The notes under the pieces were generated by a model. It was given only the letters and a program-made list of their open reading frames with translations, was not told where the DNA came from and ran no database searches. Below are positions 12,001-18,712 of a DNA stretch of 64,000 nt, piece by piece (position 1 is the stretch's first letter; each line of letters opens with the position of its first letter). Both the position numbers and the translations under genes were made by a program. The DNA is from Parcubacteria group bacterium (lineage in GTDB: Bacteria; Patescibacteriota; Minisyncoccia; Moranbacterales; UBA11712): contig JBAZXV010000008.1 of NCBI GenBank assembly GCA_041659685.1, positions 3,332 to 67,331 of the forward strand, read 5' to 3'.

Positions 12001-14763
12001 ATTGGCGTTTTGGTCTGCAGCAGCATTAGTAATTGCTATGGTTGCACCAGAAACTTGAAGATTTCTTGTCGGACTTGTCGTTCCGATGCCGACGTTTCCG
12101 GAGCTTATTATTCGCATCGCTTCCGTTGATGAATAACTTGAGTTAGTTCGTCCAGTTCTAAAAGACAAAAAATTATCGGAAGCAGTGGCGGAACCCGCAA
12201 TATCAATATATCCGCCTACTCCACCATCCTGTAAAAATGACATCTCTTGCGGACGCCCCGTGGTATGCAATACAAAACCAGATTGACCGTTTGTTGCTGT
12301 TGCAGTTAAATCTAGTATTTTATCAGCAGATGAATTTATAGACGCATGGGGGCTCGTCGTCCCGATGCCGACGTTGCCAGTTCTCAAAACAGTAAACACG
12401 TCCACCCCATCACCCAAAGCTTGGTTATTTACTGTGAATCTTCCTTCTGTCGCTCCAGAACCAGCGTTTGTGGAAATACCAGCCGTCACCCATCCAGGCT
12501 TAGTTGCGTGTGAATGGGCAAACAAGTTTATTGCTCCGCCATAACCATTGGAACCAACACCAGCTTGCATCACCAATTGACCCGTGCCCGTGTTGGTATC
12601 AGCAGATTCTCCCATTATTATGTACCTTCTGCTCCCGTCTACTTTTGATAATCTGATATTCCCGTTTACGGACAGCGGGCTGTTCGGCGCTGTCGTTCCG
12701 ATGCCGACGTTGCCGTCATTTTTTATATTCAGGATCGGATTCCCCCATGTTCCTATTTGTATTTGGTTTGTATTGTCCAAATTGCCTACATACATATCCG
12801 TTGCAGTTTGCTGATTGAAAAATATCAGTCCGCCAGAACCGCTTGCATTTGAGTTAAATTCAAGAGTGGCTCCGCTACCCGTCCCTAATTTGGCATTTCC
12901 TGCCACATGCAACAGCGAGCTTGGGCTCGTCGTCCCGATGCCAACGTTGCCCGCTATGTATCCGTTTCCGCTAAGCCACAGGTCTGACCATTTAGCGGTT
13001 GAAACTCCTAAACTTATCATGCCAGTACTAGAAACATAGGGTCTGAAGGCGCCATTAGTTAAAACAACATTGCCCCCATCTGCTCCTCCGTTTGCCTTCA
13101 AGTTGAAGTTTCCGCTTGTCCCCGCTAAAAATGTAAAATCCGGACCAGTTCCATTGGTTGTAATGCTCAATTGCCCTACGCTGTTCACAGCGAATTGGGT
13201 GTAATTTGAAGCATCGTATCCCAATCTTAATTGTTCTGTGGTTTTAAATACATGTAATGCCGCTCCCGGCGCGGTCGTCCCGATGCCGACATTGCCACTT
13301 GCTCCGGCATAGAAAGTTCCGGCGCCATATGCCGCGACTCCTCCGAGATATACATTTCCGGAAGTATCAATTCTGAAGCGAGTGGCTGGCGTTGTGCCGT
13401 CTTCAATAATGAAATTGTCATCTCCTCCGTTCTGTCCCACTCCCATATACCAATTTCGGCTGTCAGTTTGAATGGAAGTATAAGTATTGGCGTCGGCTGT
13501 TCCGCCAACCACCAGTTTATATTGTGGATTCGTTGTCCCGATCCCGACGTTGCCGTTATTTAAAATAACCATTTTTGACCCGTTACTTCCAGTCGAACCA
13601 ACCCTAAAGTCATAACCATAAGAATTTAAAACTAGTGCCTGGTCGCCTGCTCCTCCAATATTGGATATGCCCAAAGTAGCACCAGTATATCCGCTCCTTG
13701 AAAGCTGCATTGAATCATTCCATGCCGAGCCATAAACATCCAACTTCGCCCCCGGCGTCGTTGTTCCGATCCCGAGGTTGCCGTTTTGTAAGATTGTCAT
13801 TGCTTCTGTGCTTCCCATCTGAAAACGCAATCTACCTGCTCCACTTTCCATCATAATACGCCCCGACAAATCATTCATTTGTCCGAAACTCATATAATCA
13901 GCACCAACCAAATCTCCGTTAGAAGCATCGAAATACATCAAACTGTCACCCGAACCCGTATTCGCAATGAGAGTAGTAGTTCCTCCTGCAGATGAATCGC
14001 TTATGGTTAACTTTTGCCCCGGAGTCGCGGTTCCAATCCCGACGTTGCCGCCCGTGAAAGTCGCGGCGTATCCCGTTCCTGACTGAGCGACTTTGAGCGC
14101 CGTACCGGTTCCCCCGCCGGAGCCATACACGACGCTCAAAGCACTGTTTGTCCCGCTCGCGGGATTGTAATTTATATTCGCCGCGTCTTGTGCGGCCCCA
14201 GTGTTGTCGATATCGATGAATCCATCCCCGACCACGTTCAGCGAATTGATGGCTTGGGGAACCGCGCCTAGTCTTTTGCGGGGGGACATTTCCGCGTCTG
14301 AGTCGACCGTCACGCCGAGATAATATGTGTCTTGGTCAAAGTTTAGATTCAATGCATTGCCATTTCCGCTTCCGAGCATCACCGAAAAAATTCCCTTGCT
14401 GACTGCTACTGCGTTCCCGTTCACTGCCGTATACGTCCCGGTCCAGAGGAGATTTCCGTTTTCGGCCGCGTCATACAGCTTGAAAACCATGTCATAGTTC
14501 CCATCCGCCACCGCCACGTTCGAAGTGTTCGTGAGTTTTCCCTGATAATTCATCTGCCGGTTGACCGCCGCTTGAGAGAAGTAGGCAAAGCAAAAAAACC
14601 CGACTGAAACAATCAGCCCCGTTCGAACCACCCGTCCGATTCGTATTATTTTTCCCACTTGCCCCTTCAACCCCATTTTTCCCGTTTCACCCTTTTCATC
14701 CATTTTTTCAGTTTTGTTTCTTGTTTTGTTTCTCACTTGAGATTCAGTTCCCTCGATTCCCAT
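1..14763 (-). CDS. Giant secreted mosaic fibre/adhesin-like surface protein (>=4921 aa, 3' end beyond window): GNVGIGT repeats, 5 LamG-like domains, 2 Kelch propellers
   Basis: Manual translation from ATG at 14763 gives MGIEGTES...GLIVSVGFFCFAYFSQA-AVNRQMNYQGKL...YDMVFKLY...EMSPRKRLGAVPQA (signal-like stretch plus an N-terminal domain typical of CPR giant proteins). The same frame reads WGTNGSSLYYNSGNVGIGTTAP near 2960 and ...TEALFANSTGSIGI at base 1. The ORF track lists no long terminated minus ORF here, consistent with no stop inside the window. The true start could be a later ATG. Confidence 0.92.
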   Translation of the reverse strand, partial: MGIEGTESQVRNKTRNKTEKMDEKGETGKMGLKGQVGKIIRIGRVVRTGLIVSVGFFCFAYFSQAAVNRQMNYQGKLTNTSNVAVADGNYDMVFKLYDAAENGNLLWTGTYTAVNGNAVAVSKGIFSVMLGSGNGNALNLNFDQDTYYLGVTVDSDAEMSPRKRLGAVPQAINSLNVVGDGFIDIDNTGAAQDAANINYNPASGTNSALSVVYGSGGGTGTALKVAQSGTGYAATFTGGNVGIGTATPGQKLTISDSSAGGTTTLIANTGSGDSLMYFDASNGDLVGADYMSFGQMNDLSGRIMMESGAGRLRFQMGSTEAMTILQNGNLGIGTTTPGAKLDVYGSAWNDSMQLSRSGYTGATLGISNIGGAGDQALVLNSYGYDFRVGSTGSNGSKMVILNNGNVGIGTTNPQYKLVVGGTADANTYTSIQTDSRNWYMGVGQNGGDDNFIIEDGTTPATRFRIDTSGNVYLGGVAAYGAGTFYAGASGNVGIGTTAPGAALHVFKTTEQLRLGYDASNYTQFAVNSVGQLSITTNGTGPDFTFLAGTSGNFNLKANGGADGGNVVLTNGAFRPYVSSTGMISLGVSTAKWSDLWLSGNGYIAGNVGIGTTSPSSLLHVAGNAKLGTGSGATLEFNSNASGSGGLIFFNQQTATDMYVGNLDNTNQIQIGTWGNPILNIKNDGNVGIGTTAPNSPLSVNGNIRLSKVDGSRRYIIMGESADTNTGTGQLVMQAGVGSNGYGGAINLFAHSHATKPGWVTAGISTNAGSGATEGRFTVNNQALGDGVDVFTVLRTGNVGIGTTSPHASINSSADKILDLTATATNGQSGFVLHTTGRPQEMSFLQDGGVGGYIDIAGSATASDNFLSFRTGRTNSSYSSTEAMRIISSGNVGIGTTSPTRNLQVSGATIAITNAAADQNANLFFGKVDGSDGWSIGQGITANDGSFKLYDNQGGKVVMTVEQGNAANTLYLKSDNIGIGTTTPGSKLEVAGQVKITGGTPGLNKVLTSDANGLASWTSVASVGVSSVTNSDGTLTISPTIGDVVASLNLGHANTWTGAQTFSANTYFPGSGIWDTNGNVGIGTTSPGSKLVVVGNESLRGNLVFSSELTERFIMGDTNSGAIRIRGNSSSATDRNVQFGHVDNNGVWESYMTVADGGNVGIGTTAPGMLLHVYGAPTSATMAKFVASSDTRNSIAVYNSSYYNQLGTYASTNTYYAGANSGFISAEAGLSILTNSANPITFATNGSINTGANEWMRITSAGNVGIGTTNPTSKLSFGANSTISTATVDASDSDVLTITGGGVAGNTRGATIYLYGNEHANVGSLILEAGDKSNGNMLFKVNAAQVMTIYQPSAVANTLVLKAGNVGIGTTSPGAKLTVSGGSILLDNEQALTAKDSGGTARQLAYFSSGNNVYIGDNTSAAMTIRSSGDTVIRAGGTNDVLVMTGSGAVANSLYIKQGNVGIGTTSPGAKLEVAGSAFVNGGGLTVYNPTTAQIILNARPTLSDDSSNIILQSSGSATGTYTGRFSVYTNHGSGLWSEKFVVTNQGNVGIGTTNPGAKLDIVGSDNVVTLKLSDYASGGNAQKDAFIAMAHKTDAEEPVALIQGRSDGTNNKVWIGGAGASFNMENAATEIGFFTAANDTTLNGSERMTIRSNGDVTMNGNVGIGTTSPSAKLTVAGDIFPSVDDTYNLGDDTHRWSDLFLGPATLHIGSSTSDEYTLSYNTTANTLGFNVNGTGDPEIVFDSSGNLGLAASAYLNFGTTIGSSGYGIRDNAGILQYKASGGTWTNIGSGSSTSSTAASWSTLTDPSTNLSLPMSAFTTVFNWATGTGTSDLFSLTTDNSANGTGSLLNLQTGASSTVSPLRVRGGSTEALYVNSSGSVGIGTISPNEKLTVNGVMSLAEQASSPSATSGFGKLYATQSGGNDTYTKFLLHADGTGNSFTDSESTPKTITANGDAIQSATQSEFGGKSAYFDGSGDSLSVADSNDWTFGSGDFTVDFWAYSSNFATGTEQEFVAQSNYGSASLTRWVVGADATGHAFANFWTDGTSVTVGITSSNVLSNSNWHHVAWVRNGTSFKLYVDGVERGSGTSSATINDAAQPLTIGMNDYSSNHYYFAGYIDELRVSKGTARWTSAFTPPTQAYNTTGLFYKTAGGTEYELGGSGGGSSFSNLWGQNGTNLYYTSGNIGIGTTSPLAALDMTGGLILRGSNNYLNFGSLTGTNGYGLRDNGGTIEYKNSGGDWATFGAVGGGWTDAGSNVYLSSVSDNVGIGTTTPNEKLTVNGVMSLAEQASSPSATSGYGKLYAMAMTGNDSYTTLLLHADGSGTTFTDSSASAHAMTAGGNSTQSSTQYEFGGKSAYFDGTGGVTTPATADFNFGSGDFTVDFWARVSVVGSYQYFIGDLNSAGNDHEWHFYLDSSNNIVFSTKDTGNILRYVKSTTTVSANTWYHISGVRSGSTLYLFINGTSEVGSGSTTNIGASALKNFVSTNLGIGKLGDYAGNYLNGYMDEVRISKGTARWTSAFTPPTRAYGSGTSLAFKDSSGTETILGSTGGASGLTSPWGTNSSSLYYTGGNVGIGTTSPAAALSVVGNAILSGSSRYLNFGSTSGSSGYGIFDNNGTLQIKNSGGSWTNIPTASASQWTNNGNNIYFTTGSVGIGTTIPNHTFDIAGNLGLSTSAYLNFGATDGGTGYGLRDNAGTLQFKNSSGNWEDIGSGTSTLSWSVLTDPSTNSYLGMGDYSTNLNWTTGTGTSDLFSLTTDNLADGTGSLLNVQTGASSSLSPLRVRAGSTEALYINNSGNVGIGTTAPNEKLTVNGAMSLAESAAAPDVTSGFGKLYAVPLSGNDSYTKLLLHADGTGATFTDSSSSGKTVSAAGTATQSTTQYKFGGESASFSSGYLSTTDSTDWTWDGDFTVDFWFRLNSTTNNFFLTSAGSLPNPSLRIMYDASNGWNLYDGAANHAFSDSLSTGVWYHAAVVRTNGVVKVFRDGAQKGSDWATSATFDMSASGLYIGADWNGGTSFNGYMDEYRISKGIARWTSAFTPPTRAYGSGGVLAYKDSLGTETVLAGASGSGASSLWGQNGTSAYYTSGNVGIGTTAPLAKLDLAGSGILSGLNNYLNFGSTAGTSGYGLRDNNGTMEYKNQSGAWVAIGSGGGGTTSMSMQEDGWADSGSTLPAALYGSQTAVIGDYVYLFGGYNSNIIYRAPVSSPTSWTNTGSTLPGNLGYSQVAIIGDYVYLFGGNIAGTTTNVIYRAPLSNPTSWANTGSTLPGNLDGSQVAIIGDYIYLFGGYNGGGNTNVIYRAPLSNPTSWANTGSTLPTNLTWSQLAVIGDYVYLFGGYGTATIYRAPVSNPTSWASTGSSIPGTLSYSQAMIVGDKIYQLGGYLGSSVYTNVMYSASVSSPTTWTNTGKTLPSNLYLSQVAAVGNYAYLFGGNNGSVGIGTIYRTPILNGGPSLASNASWKYATSSAAGIWTANTNGSIYYTGGNVGIGNNAPNHALDITGNFGLSANGYFNWGTADGTNGYGFRDNAGTLQFKNSGGIWTNLGAGAGSSSWSALTAPSTNLSLNMGTYSSAFNWTTGTGSSDLFSLTTDNSANGTGSLLNLQTGASSTLSPLRIRAGSTEALFAGNTGNVGVGTISPNEKLTVNGNISIAESMNAPDATSGFGKLYAVGGIGGNDSYTKLLLHADGTGATFTDSEATPKTVTAYGNATQSSTQSEFGGKSSYFDGTGDYLSLADSSDFAFGAGDFTVDAWVYLTASTVGHRITVFSIGDKGWGLDQRQEITCGITNNQLDFRAETGSGYAWTTITEGTVPLNQWVHVAYVRSGSSVFGFINGVKTSTSTTSFSFTVNNYIRIGGFYSRGSEYQDDVANYKDEIRVSKGIARWTSNFTPPNQAFDVGKHLAYKDSDGNITALTGGSSGASSQWGTNGSSLYYNSGNVGIGTTAPLAKLDLAGSGILSGLNNYLNFGSTAGNSGYGIRDNNGTMEFRNSNGAWMAMGSSSGTGSTGMKEDEWVDTGATLPGVLAHSQTAVIGDYVYLFGGTNASAATNVIYRAPVSNPTSWTNTGATLPGNLQQSQVAVIGDYVYLFGGVSASAITNVIYRAPVSDPTSWSNTGSTLPGNLQASQVAVIGDYVYLFGGHNGSAYTNVIYRAPVSNPTSWENTGSTIPGNLAYSHVAVIGGYVYLFGGTLNGPVTNVIYRAPVSNPTSWVNTGATLPASIGMSQVAVIGDYVYLLGGYTSGAISTIYRAPVSNPTSWVSSGATLPANLYASQTAVVGGYVYLFGGGNASYNSVIYRAPIYNNGPDLASNSDWKYYATSSTATGVWTANPDGSIYHTGGSVGIGNATPNHALDVIGNIGLAANGYFNWGTADGTNGYGFRDNAGTLQFKNSGGAWTNFGGAGSSTWSALTAPSTALSLNMGTYSTAFNWATGTGTSDLFSLTTDNSANGTGSLLNLQTGASSTVSPLRVRAGSTEALFANSTGSIGIGTTSPNEKLTVNGVMSLAEQTSSPSATSGFGKLYAMSPLAGNDSYTKLLLHADGMGATFTDSSSSAKTVTANGDATQSTTKSEFGGKSAYFDGTGDYVSVPDSDDWDYGSGDFTIDMWVNRNNAGVLDRIIDQWVDTSNYFSVYIDTGNQLNTYLNISGSTVIGFHSTITIPATTWTHIAIVRSGGVVTQYINGVASGTASTNTWSTFAAPVEIGRVVYGPTYFSGYMDEVRVSKGTARWTSNFTPPTRAYGASALAFKDSSGNETVLGSSSSGSGASSLWGQNGSNIYYTSGNVGIGTTSPLAALDLTGSAILRGSNNYLNFGSLTGTNGYGIFDNNGTLQFKNSGGSWTNLGGAGSSTWSALTAPGTSLSLNMGTYSSAFNWATGTGTSDLFSLTTDNGANGTGSLLNLQTGASSTLSPLRVRAGSTEALFANSTGSIGI
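1880..2750 (-). repeat. Kelch-type six-blade beta-propeller (tandem ~147-bp coding repeats)
   Basis: Six units of approximately SQVAVIGDYVYLFGG....TNVIYRAPVSNPTSWxNTGxTLP with the Kelch GG, Y and W signature. Confidence 0.85.
4440..5290 (-). repeat. Second Kelch-type six-blade beta-propeller
   Basis: Six units of the same IGDYVYLFGG/IYRAPVSNPTSW type, including the variants VGDKIYQLGG and VGNYAYLFGG. Confidence 0.85.
9760..14050 (-). repeat. About 16 GNVGIGTTxPxxKL repeats separated by unrelated ~80-110 aa spacers
   Basis: Plus-strand motif close to CCGATGCCGACGTTGCC recurs every ~230-350 bp (for example near 9780, 10120, 10380, 10670, 10975, 11285, 12090, 12370, 12705, 13290, 13545, 14040). 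Confidence 0.85.
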
Positions 14764-14815
14764 TTTTTATTTCTAAATATTTTTGAATTTTACACTGTCA
14801 TTTTTCGCTTTGAAC

Positions 14816-15238
14816 TTATTTCGGAACCACTGTCACTGATCCCACTTCCTCCGGATTATCCGCGTGAATTATGAGGTTATTATTTGCATCTTTCTCAACT
14901 TTAATATCGCTTTCCGAATTGATTCCCCGATAATTCCAGGAAATTATCACAAGTATGAAAATTGCAACCAGCACAACAGCCCATTTGAGATTGAGAACGG
15001 CTTTTTTTTGCTCAAAGGCCGGGATATTTGCGTTTAGTGATTCCTGCCGGCGATAGTTCGCCTCCGCTACCCGATCGGTGTATTTTTCAACCGTTTCTTT
15101 CGTCGTAAACCACTTGCCGTCTTTTTTAAATCCCTCCAATTTTCCTTTTCTCACCAAAAGACTCAGATAGTCCGCGCTATAAGGAGAATTTTTACTGGCT
15201 TCTTGCAGTGTAATTAGATTTTTTTCTTCAGCTCCCAT
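14816..15238 (-). CDS. Excisionase/HTH_17-like helix-turn-helix protein with a single TM segment
   Basis: LITLQEASKNSPYSADYLSLLVRKGKLEGFKKDGKWFTT followed by hydrophobic WAVVLVAIFILVIISW. Confidence 0.7.
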   Translation of the reverse strand: MGAEEKNLITLQEASKNSPYSADYLSLLVRKGKLEGFKKDGKWFTTKETVEKYTDRVAEANYRRQESLNANIPAFEQKKAVLNLKWAVVLVAIFILVIISWNYRGINSESDIKVEKDANNNLIIHADNPEEVGSVTVVPK

Positions 15239-15293
15239 TTTTTTGATATTTAAGGTAACTCGATATCATATCCGATACTGTATCGACACCAGA

Positions 15294-15347
15294 ATTATAG
15301 CACAAAAAAAGGCCTGCCAACAGCCTTTTTTAACCAAGTTATCCACA
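15294..15347 (-). promoter_or_regulatory. Extended -10 promoter (TGcTATAAT) with upstream DnaA box
   Basis: Minus strand reads TGTGGATAA (15339-15347) ... TTGGCA ... TGCTATAAT, upstream of the HTH and giant-protein genes. Confidence 0.5.
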
Positions 15348-15349
15348 CC

Positions 15350-15376
15350 CCACTTAGACACTCAGTGTCTAAGTGG
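15350..15376. repeat. REP-like hairpin CCACTTAGACAC-TCA-GTGTCTAAGTGG (related copies 15817-15841, 16032-16054, 58075-58099)
   Basis: Perfect 10-12 bp stems with 3-nt loops, all sharing ACTTAGA...TCTAAGT arms. This copy overlaps the RAYT stop codon. Confidence 0.85.
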
Positions 15377-16019
15377 ATTCATCTGATTTTTCCATAAATT
15401 CAACATCCCCTTTTCGCCTCAAGATGGCCTCAAGAGACATTTTTGAAAACTCTTCATATTCCTTGAAATTTGGAAATTGATCGCAAATTATACTTTTCTC
15501 GCAAAAGCCGGTTTTTCGCCACTTTTCGTATTCGGACCAGCTACTCAGGAAAATCCCACCAACATCTTCCATTTTATGCACTTTATAGTTCAAATTGACA
15601 TAAGTTGAGGCGTAAAGCAACTGTTTATTGGTTTTAATATGGACTGACTGGAAAGGGCCCTGAAAAAGCACTCCATTCCTCTTATGCCTGTGATTGAAAT
15701 ATTTCGTATACCCGTTTCCGATTTTGTGCATAAATTTTTCAATTCCTTTATCTGAAACTTGCTCAAGAATCAGATGATAATGGTTCGGATTGAGACAAAA
15801 ACACACTATATTTACCCACTTAGACACTGAGTGTCTAAGTGACTTATTCTTGTGAAAAGAGCTGACATAGATACCGCCATATGATTCAACCCGATTGAAT
15901 TCAGACATACTCTGCAAAAATCGGGAAATGTCTTTTTTATCGAGAAAAACAGGTCTTTTCTCAACACCTCGGTTATAGACATGATAGTACTCTCCGTTTA
16001 CTAATTGCACTTTTCTCAT
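15369..16019 (-). mobile_element. REP-associated tyrosine transposase (RAYT, IS200/Y1 HUH family)
   Basis: YYHVYNRGVEK, FCLNPNHYHLIL (HUH), YTKYFN...GVLFQGPF, YVNLN, SSW motifs. Confidence 0.9.
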
Positions 16020-16029
16020 AGAGTCTTTG

Positions 16030-16995
16030 CTACTTAGAAGCTCCGCTTCTAAGTGAAATTTTGTAGCGCCTCAAAAACCACCACCAGATTCCGGCAAGTG
16101 CCAGGACTGCGAGAAGCTCTTTCCACGGAACCAAAAAAATGAATTTTTGAAATTTCATATTTCGTCCCTCCCCGTCCTTGATGTTTCCAGATATTTTATA
16201 GAGCCCGAGAAAGTCCTTCCTCTGAATATCCTCTGAAAAAACACGACTGGTTGTCGGAAGAATTGTCCGGTCTTTTATTTCCAGTCTGCCAATTTCCCGC
16301 CCAAAAATGTTTTTCACTGACACTTCCCCCTCCGGCTTAAAATGAGAATTTCCTTCGTTTGCAATTTCAATTTCCAAATTTGATTTATCGGTAAAAGAAA
16401 TTCTGGGCAATTCTACTTTTTTCAGAATGCCTTTTTTCACCGCGTTTCCGCCGGCTTGCACCAGAAACAGCACTCCCGCCCGGCCAGACACGCAAACACT
16501 TGATTTATCCGTCCAAACTACATTTTTATCTTCTTCAATATTGCATCGGGTCCGAAAGAAAATTACCCCGTAATGTCCGCCGAGATTAGCATCCTCTGGC
16601 GCCCTGATCTTATAATCAACAACCTTATTTTTTCCCTTTTCTAAGCTAAAATTATCCTCGTCAACCGAAAGCCATTTGCTCATGAGATAAGGCCTTAATT
16701 CATCGTTCGCAATGTCCCTGCCGCCGGTAAAAATATATTTTCCGGCATCGTCCATAAAAAAATCGGAAAACTCGACCGCAATATCAAGATTTTGATCAGA
16801 ATTGTTTCCGACATAAATTTTTCCTGTTTTTTCTTCCCCTGGATTGATTTCGAGATCAAAATAGAGCGGCGACACCGTGAGTGAAACCGGCCCTTCGGCA
16901 TGAGAAAAAGAAACTGGAAAAAAGAGACTGACCAAAACAATCAGCCCCAACGCCGCTATTCTTCCTGCCTGCCATATTTTTCTCATCCGCCTCAT
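16030..16995 (-). CDS. DUF916/WxL-interacting-like secreted protein with C-terminal TM anchor
   Basis: Signal peptide, VSPLYFDLEINPGE, GGHYGVIFF, IANEGNSHFKPEGEVSVKNIFG, C-terminal hydrophobic helix and basic tail. Confidence 0.65.
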   Translation of the reverse strand: MRRMRKIWQAGRIAALGLIVLVSLFFPVSFSHAEGPVSLTVSPLYFDLEINPGEEKTGKIYVGNNSDQNLDIAVEFSDFFMDDAGKYIFTGGRDIANDELRPYLMSKWLSVDEDNFSLEKGKNKVVDYKIRAPEDANLGGHYGVIFFRTRCNIEEDKNVVWTDKSSVCVSGRAGVLFLVQAGGNAVKKGILKKVELPRISFTDKSNLEIEIANEGNSHFKPEGEVSVKNIFGREIGRLEIKDRTILPTTSRVFSEDIQRKDFLGLYKISGNIKDGEGRNMKFQKFIFLVPWKELLAVLALAGIWWWFLRRYKISLRSGASK

Positions 16996-16999
16996 TATA

Positions 17000-17995
17000 C
17001 TATTCTTTTTTCTTTATCTCAAACTTCGAGAAGAAATATTTAAACAAGTAGTATATGATAATAAATATCAGGATAACCAGGATTGCAACGTGCCACGGAA
17101 AAGCATAAAAAACCAGACTCTCCTGGTCCTTAAGGTTTCCGCCAAAGCCATAAAAAACGGTGAGGTCGGCTGTATAGCGCCCGACCAGCCACTTTTTCGC
17201 CCATTCAGTCTCCTGTCTGCGGGATGAATCCGAAAGCACCACCCACTCCTTTATTGGCAAATGTGCTACTTCCGCCCCAAAGATATTTTTTATAGCCACT
17301 TCTCCTTTTACTCTCTGATAAACATTTCCGGTATTTCTGAAAACCGTGCTGAAATCCACCGGACCGTTGCGATAGAAAATTTTACCGGCTTTGAATTCCG
17401 TGATCTCCCCAGACTCAACATTGTTTCCGGCCACATTGATGAGAACCAAAAGCCCCACGCGGCTCACAAGCCTCACCTTATCTTTTCCGCCCGAAGAATT
17501 ATCGCTTGAAACAGAGACAAATATAGCGGCATAGTGACTCCCCGTCCTTGCCCCCTCGGGAACTTTGACTTCAAAAGGCAGAGACAAGCGGTCTCCGTGA
17601 TTAAGATTCACCTCGTTGATTTCCGGAGTTATCCAGTCTCTTGCCGAAGTGGCAGCCGCATAATCTCCTCCTAAAAAAACGGTTGCCTTTTCCGGGTCTT
17701 GCGAACCCACAAAGTCTTCTTTATCGATTTTAAAATCGGCTGTCCTTCCAAGGCGATTTACCACCACCATTCGCTGGCTGGACGATTCTCCCGGCGCAAG
17801 CGTGAGCTCAAGATTAACAGGAGAAATAACAAACCGGTCTTCAACATTTTCCTGATAATTTTCAATAGTATAGGCTTTTGCTGATCCGGCAATTCCAAAC
17901 ATCAAAAAAAAGCCACAAAATAAGAGTAGCCATGAAAATATCGTCTTTCCCGTGAAACAACCTTTAATAATTGGTTTAATAATTCCGGAGATCAT
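17000..17995 (-). CDS. DUF916/WxL-interacting-like secreted protein with C-terminal TM anchor (paralog)
   Basis: ISPVNLELTLAPGES, GSHYAAIF, FRNTGNVYQRVKGEVAIKNIFG, GRYTADL, C-terminal TM. Confidence 0.65.
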   Translation of the reverse strand: MISGIIKPIIKGCFTGKTIFSWLLLFCGFFLMFGIAGSAKAYTIENYQENVEDRFVISPVNLELTLAPGESSSQRMVVVNRLGRTADFKIDKEDFVGSQDPEKATVFLGGDYAAATSARDWITPEINEVNLNHGDRLSLPFEVKVPEGARTGSHYAAIFVSVSSDNSSGGKDKVRLVSRVGLLVLINVAGNNVESGEITEFKAGKIFYRNGPVDFSTVFRNTGNVYQRVKGEVAIKNIFGAEVAHLPIKEWVVLSDSSRRQETEWAKKWLVGRYTADLTVFYGFGGNLKDQESLVFYAFPWHVAILVILIFIIIYYLFKYFFSKFEIKKKE

Positions 17996-18066
17996 TAATT
18001 TTCAAGTATCAATTTCCCGATAAATTTTCAACGCAATAATTTTCAAAATTTAAAAAATTGAAAATC

Positions 18067-18690
18067 CTATAATGTTGTTGCCGTCGCTGTGACAGTTGAT
18101 GCGTAAGCGCCGGTCGGCTGGAGCTTTGAAGATCCGACCTCAGCCTTGAAAGTTACCGTCGTGCTGTCACCGGCGGTTTCGGCGGAATTGTGAGACACCT
18201 GCTCTTTTGTTGTGCTGTTAAAACCCATATATTTATCCACTCCAAATTTCGTTTCGACATAGCTTCCGGTCGCGCCAAAGCCGAATTCCGCGGCGCTGGG
18301 CGCGACTAGCCAGGCTTCCGGAGTGCCATCCGCCGTTTCGCTGTAATCGGCAAAAACATCGCTTCCGCTATGCATTGTACTGGCCTGGTCCGTGTTCACC
18401 TCTAATTTCCACCCGGCAGAGTTGTTTGTTGTCACCGTCCAGGTGGTTGAACCCGTCGAAGAGCCCGTGCCGGTAATATCCGGCGCCATTGTCACATCAG
18501 ACGGCGTGTTGAGACTAATGGTAGCCAGGACATTCAAGTTAACAACAACGCTATCCGTAGTTTGAGCGGCATCCGATACCGCAGGCTCAAGAGCTGAAAA
18601 TCCCATTATCAGCACAAAAAGACCGGCCAGCGAAAAAGCTGCCGCCCTTAAAAAGTTTTTTCCAAATTTATTTTTATTTTCCTCTGTCAC
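18067..18690 (-). CDS. WxL-like / pilin-like secreted protein
   Basis: Signal peptide, WTVTTNNSAGWKLEV, C-terminal QPTGAYASTVTATATTL. GTG start. Confidence 0.6.
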   Translation of the reverse strand: MTEENKNKFGKNFLRAAAFSLAGLFVLIMGFSALEPAVSDAAQTTDSVVVNLNVLATISLNTPSDVTMAPDITGTGSSTGSTTWTVTTNNSAGWKLEVNTDQASTMHSGSDVFADYSETADGTPEAWLVAPSAAEFGFGATGSYVETKFGVDKYMGFNSTTKEQVSHNSAETAGDSTTVTFKAEVGSSKLQPTGAYASTVTATATTL

Positions 18691-18712
18691 TAAAATTATT
18701 TTACTTGGTGCA

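Noticed and set aside
91-14874. Dozens of short plus-strand and off-frame minus-strand ORFs in the ORF track
   Set aside because: They are shadows of the giant minus-strand ORF, and their repetition mirrors its modules.
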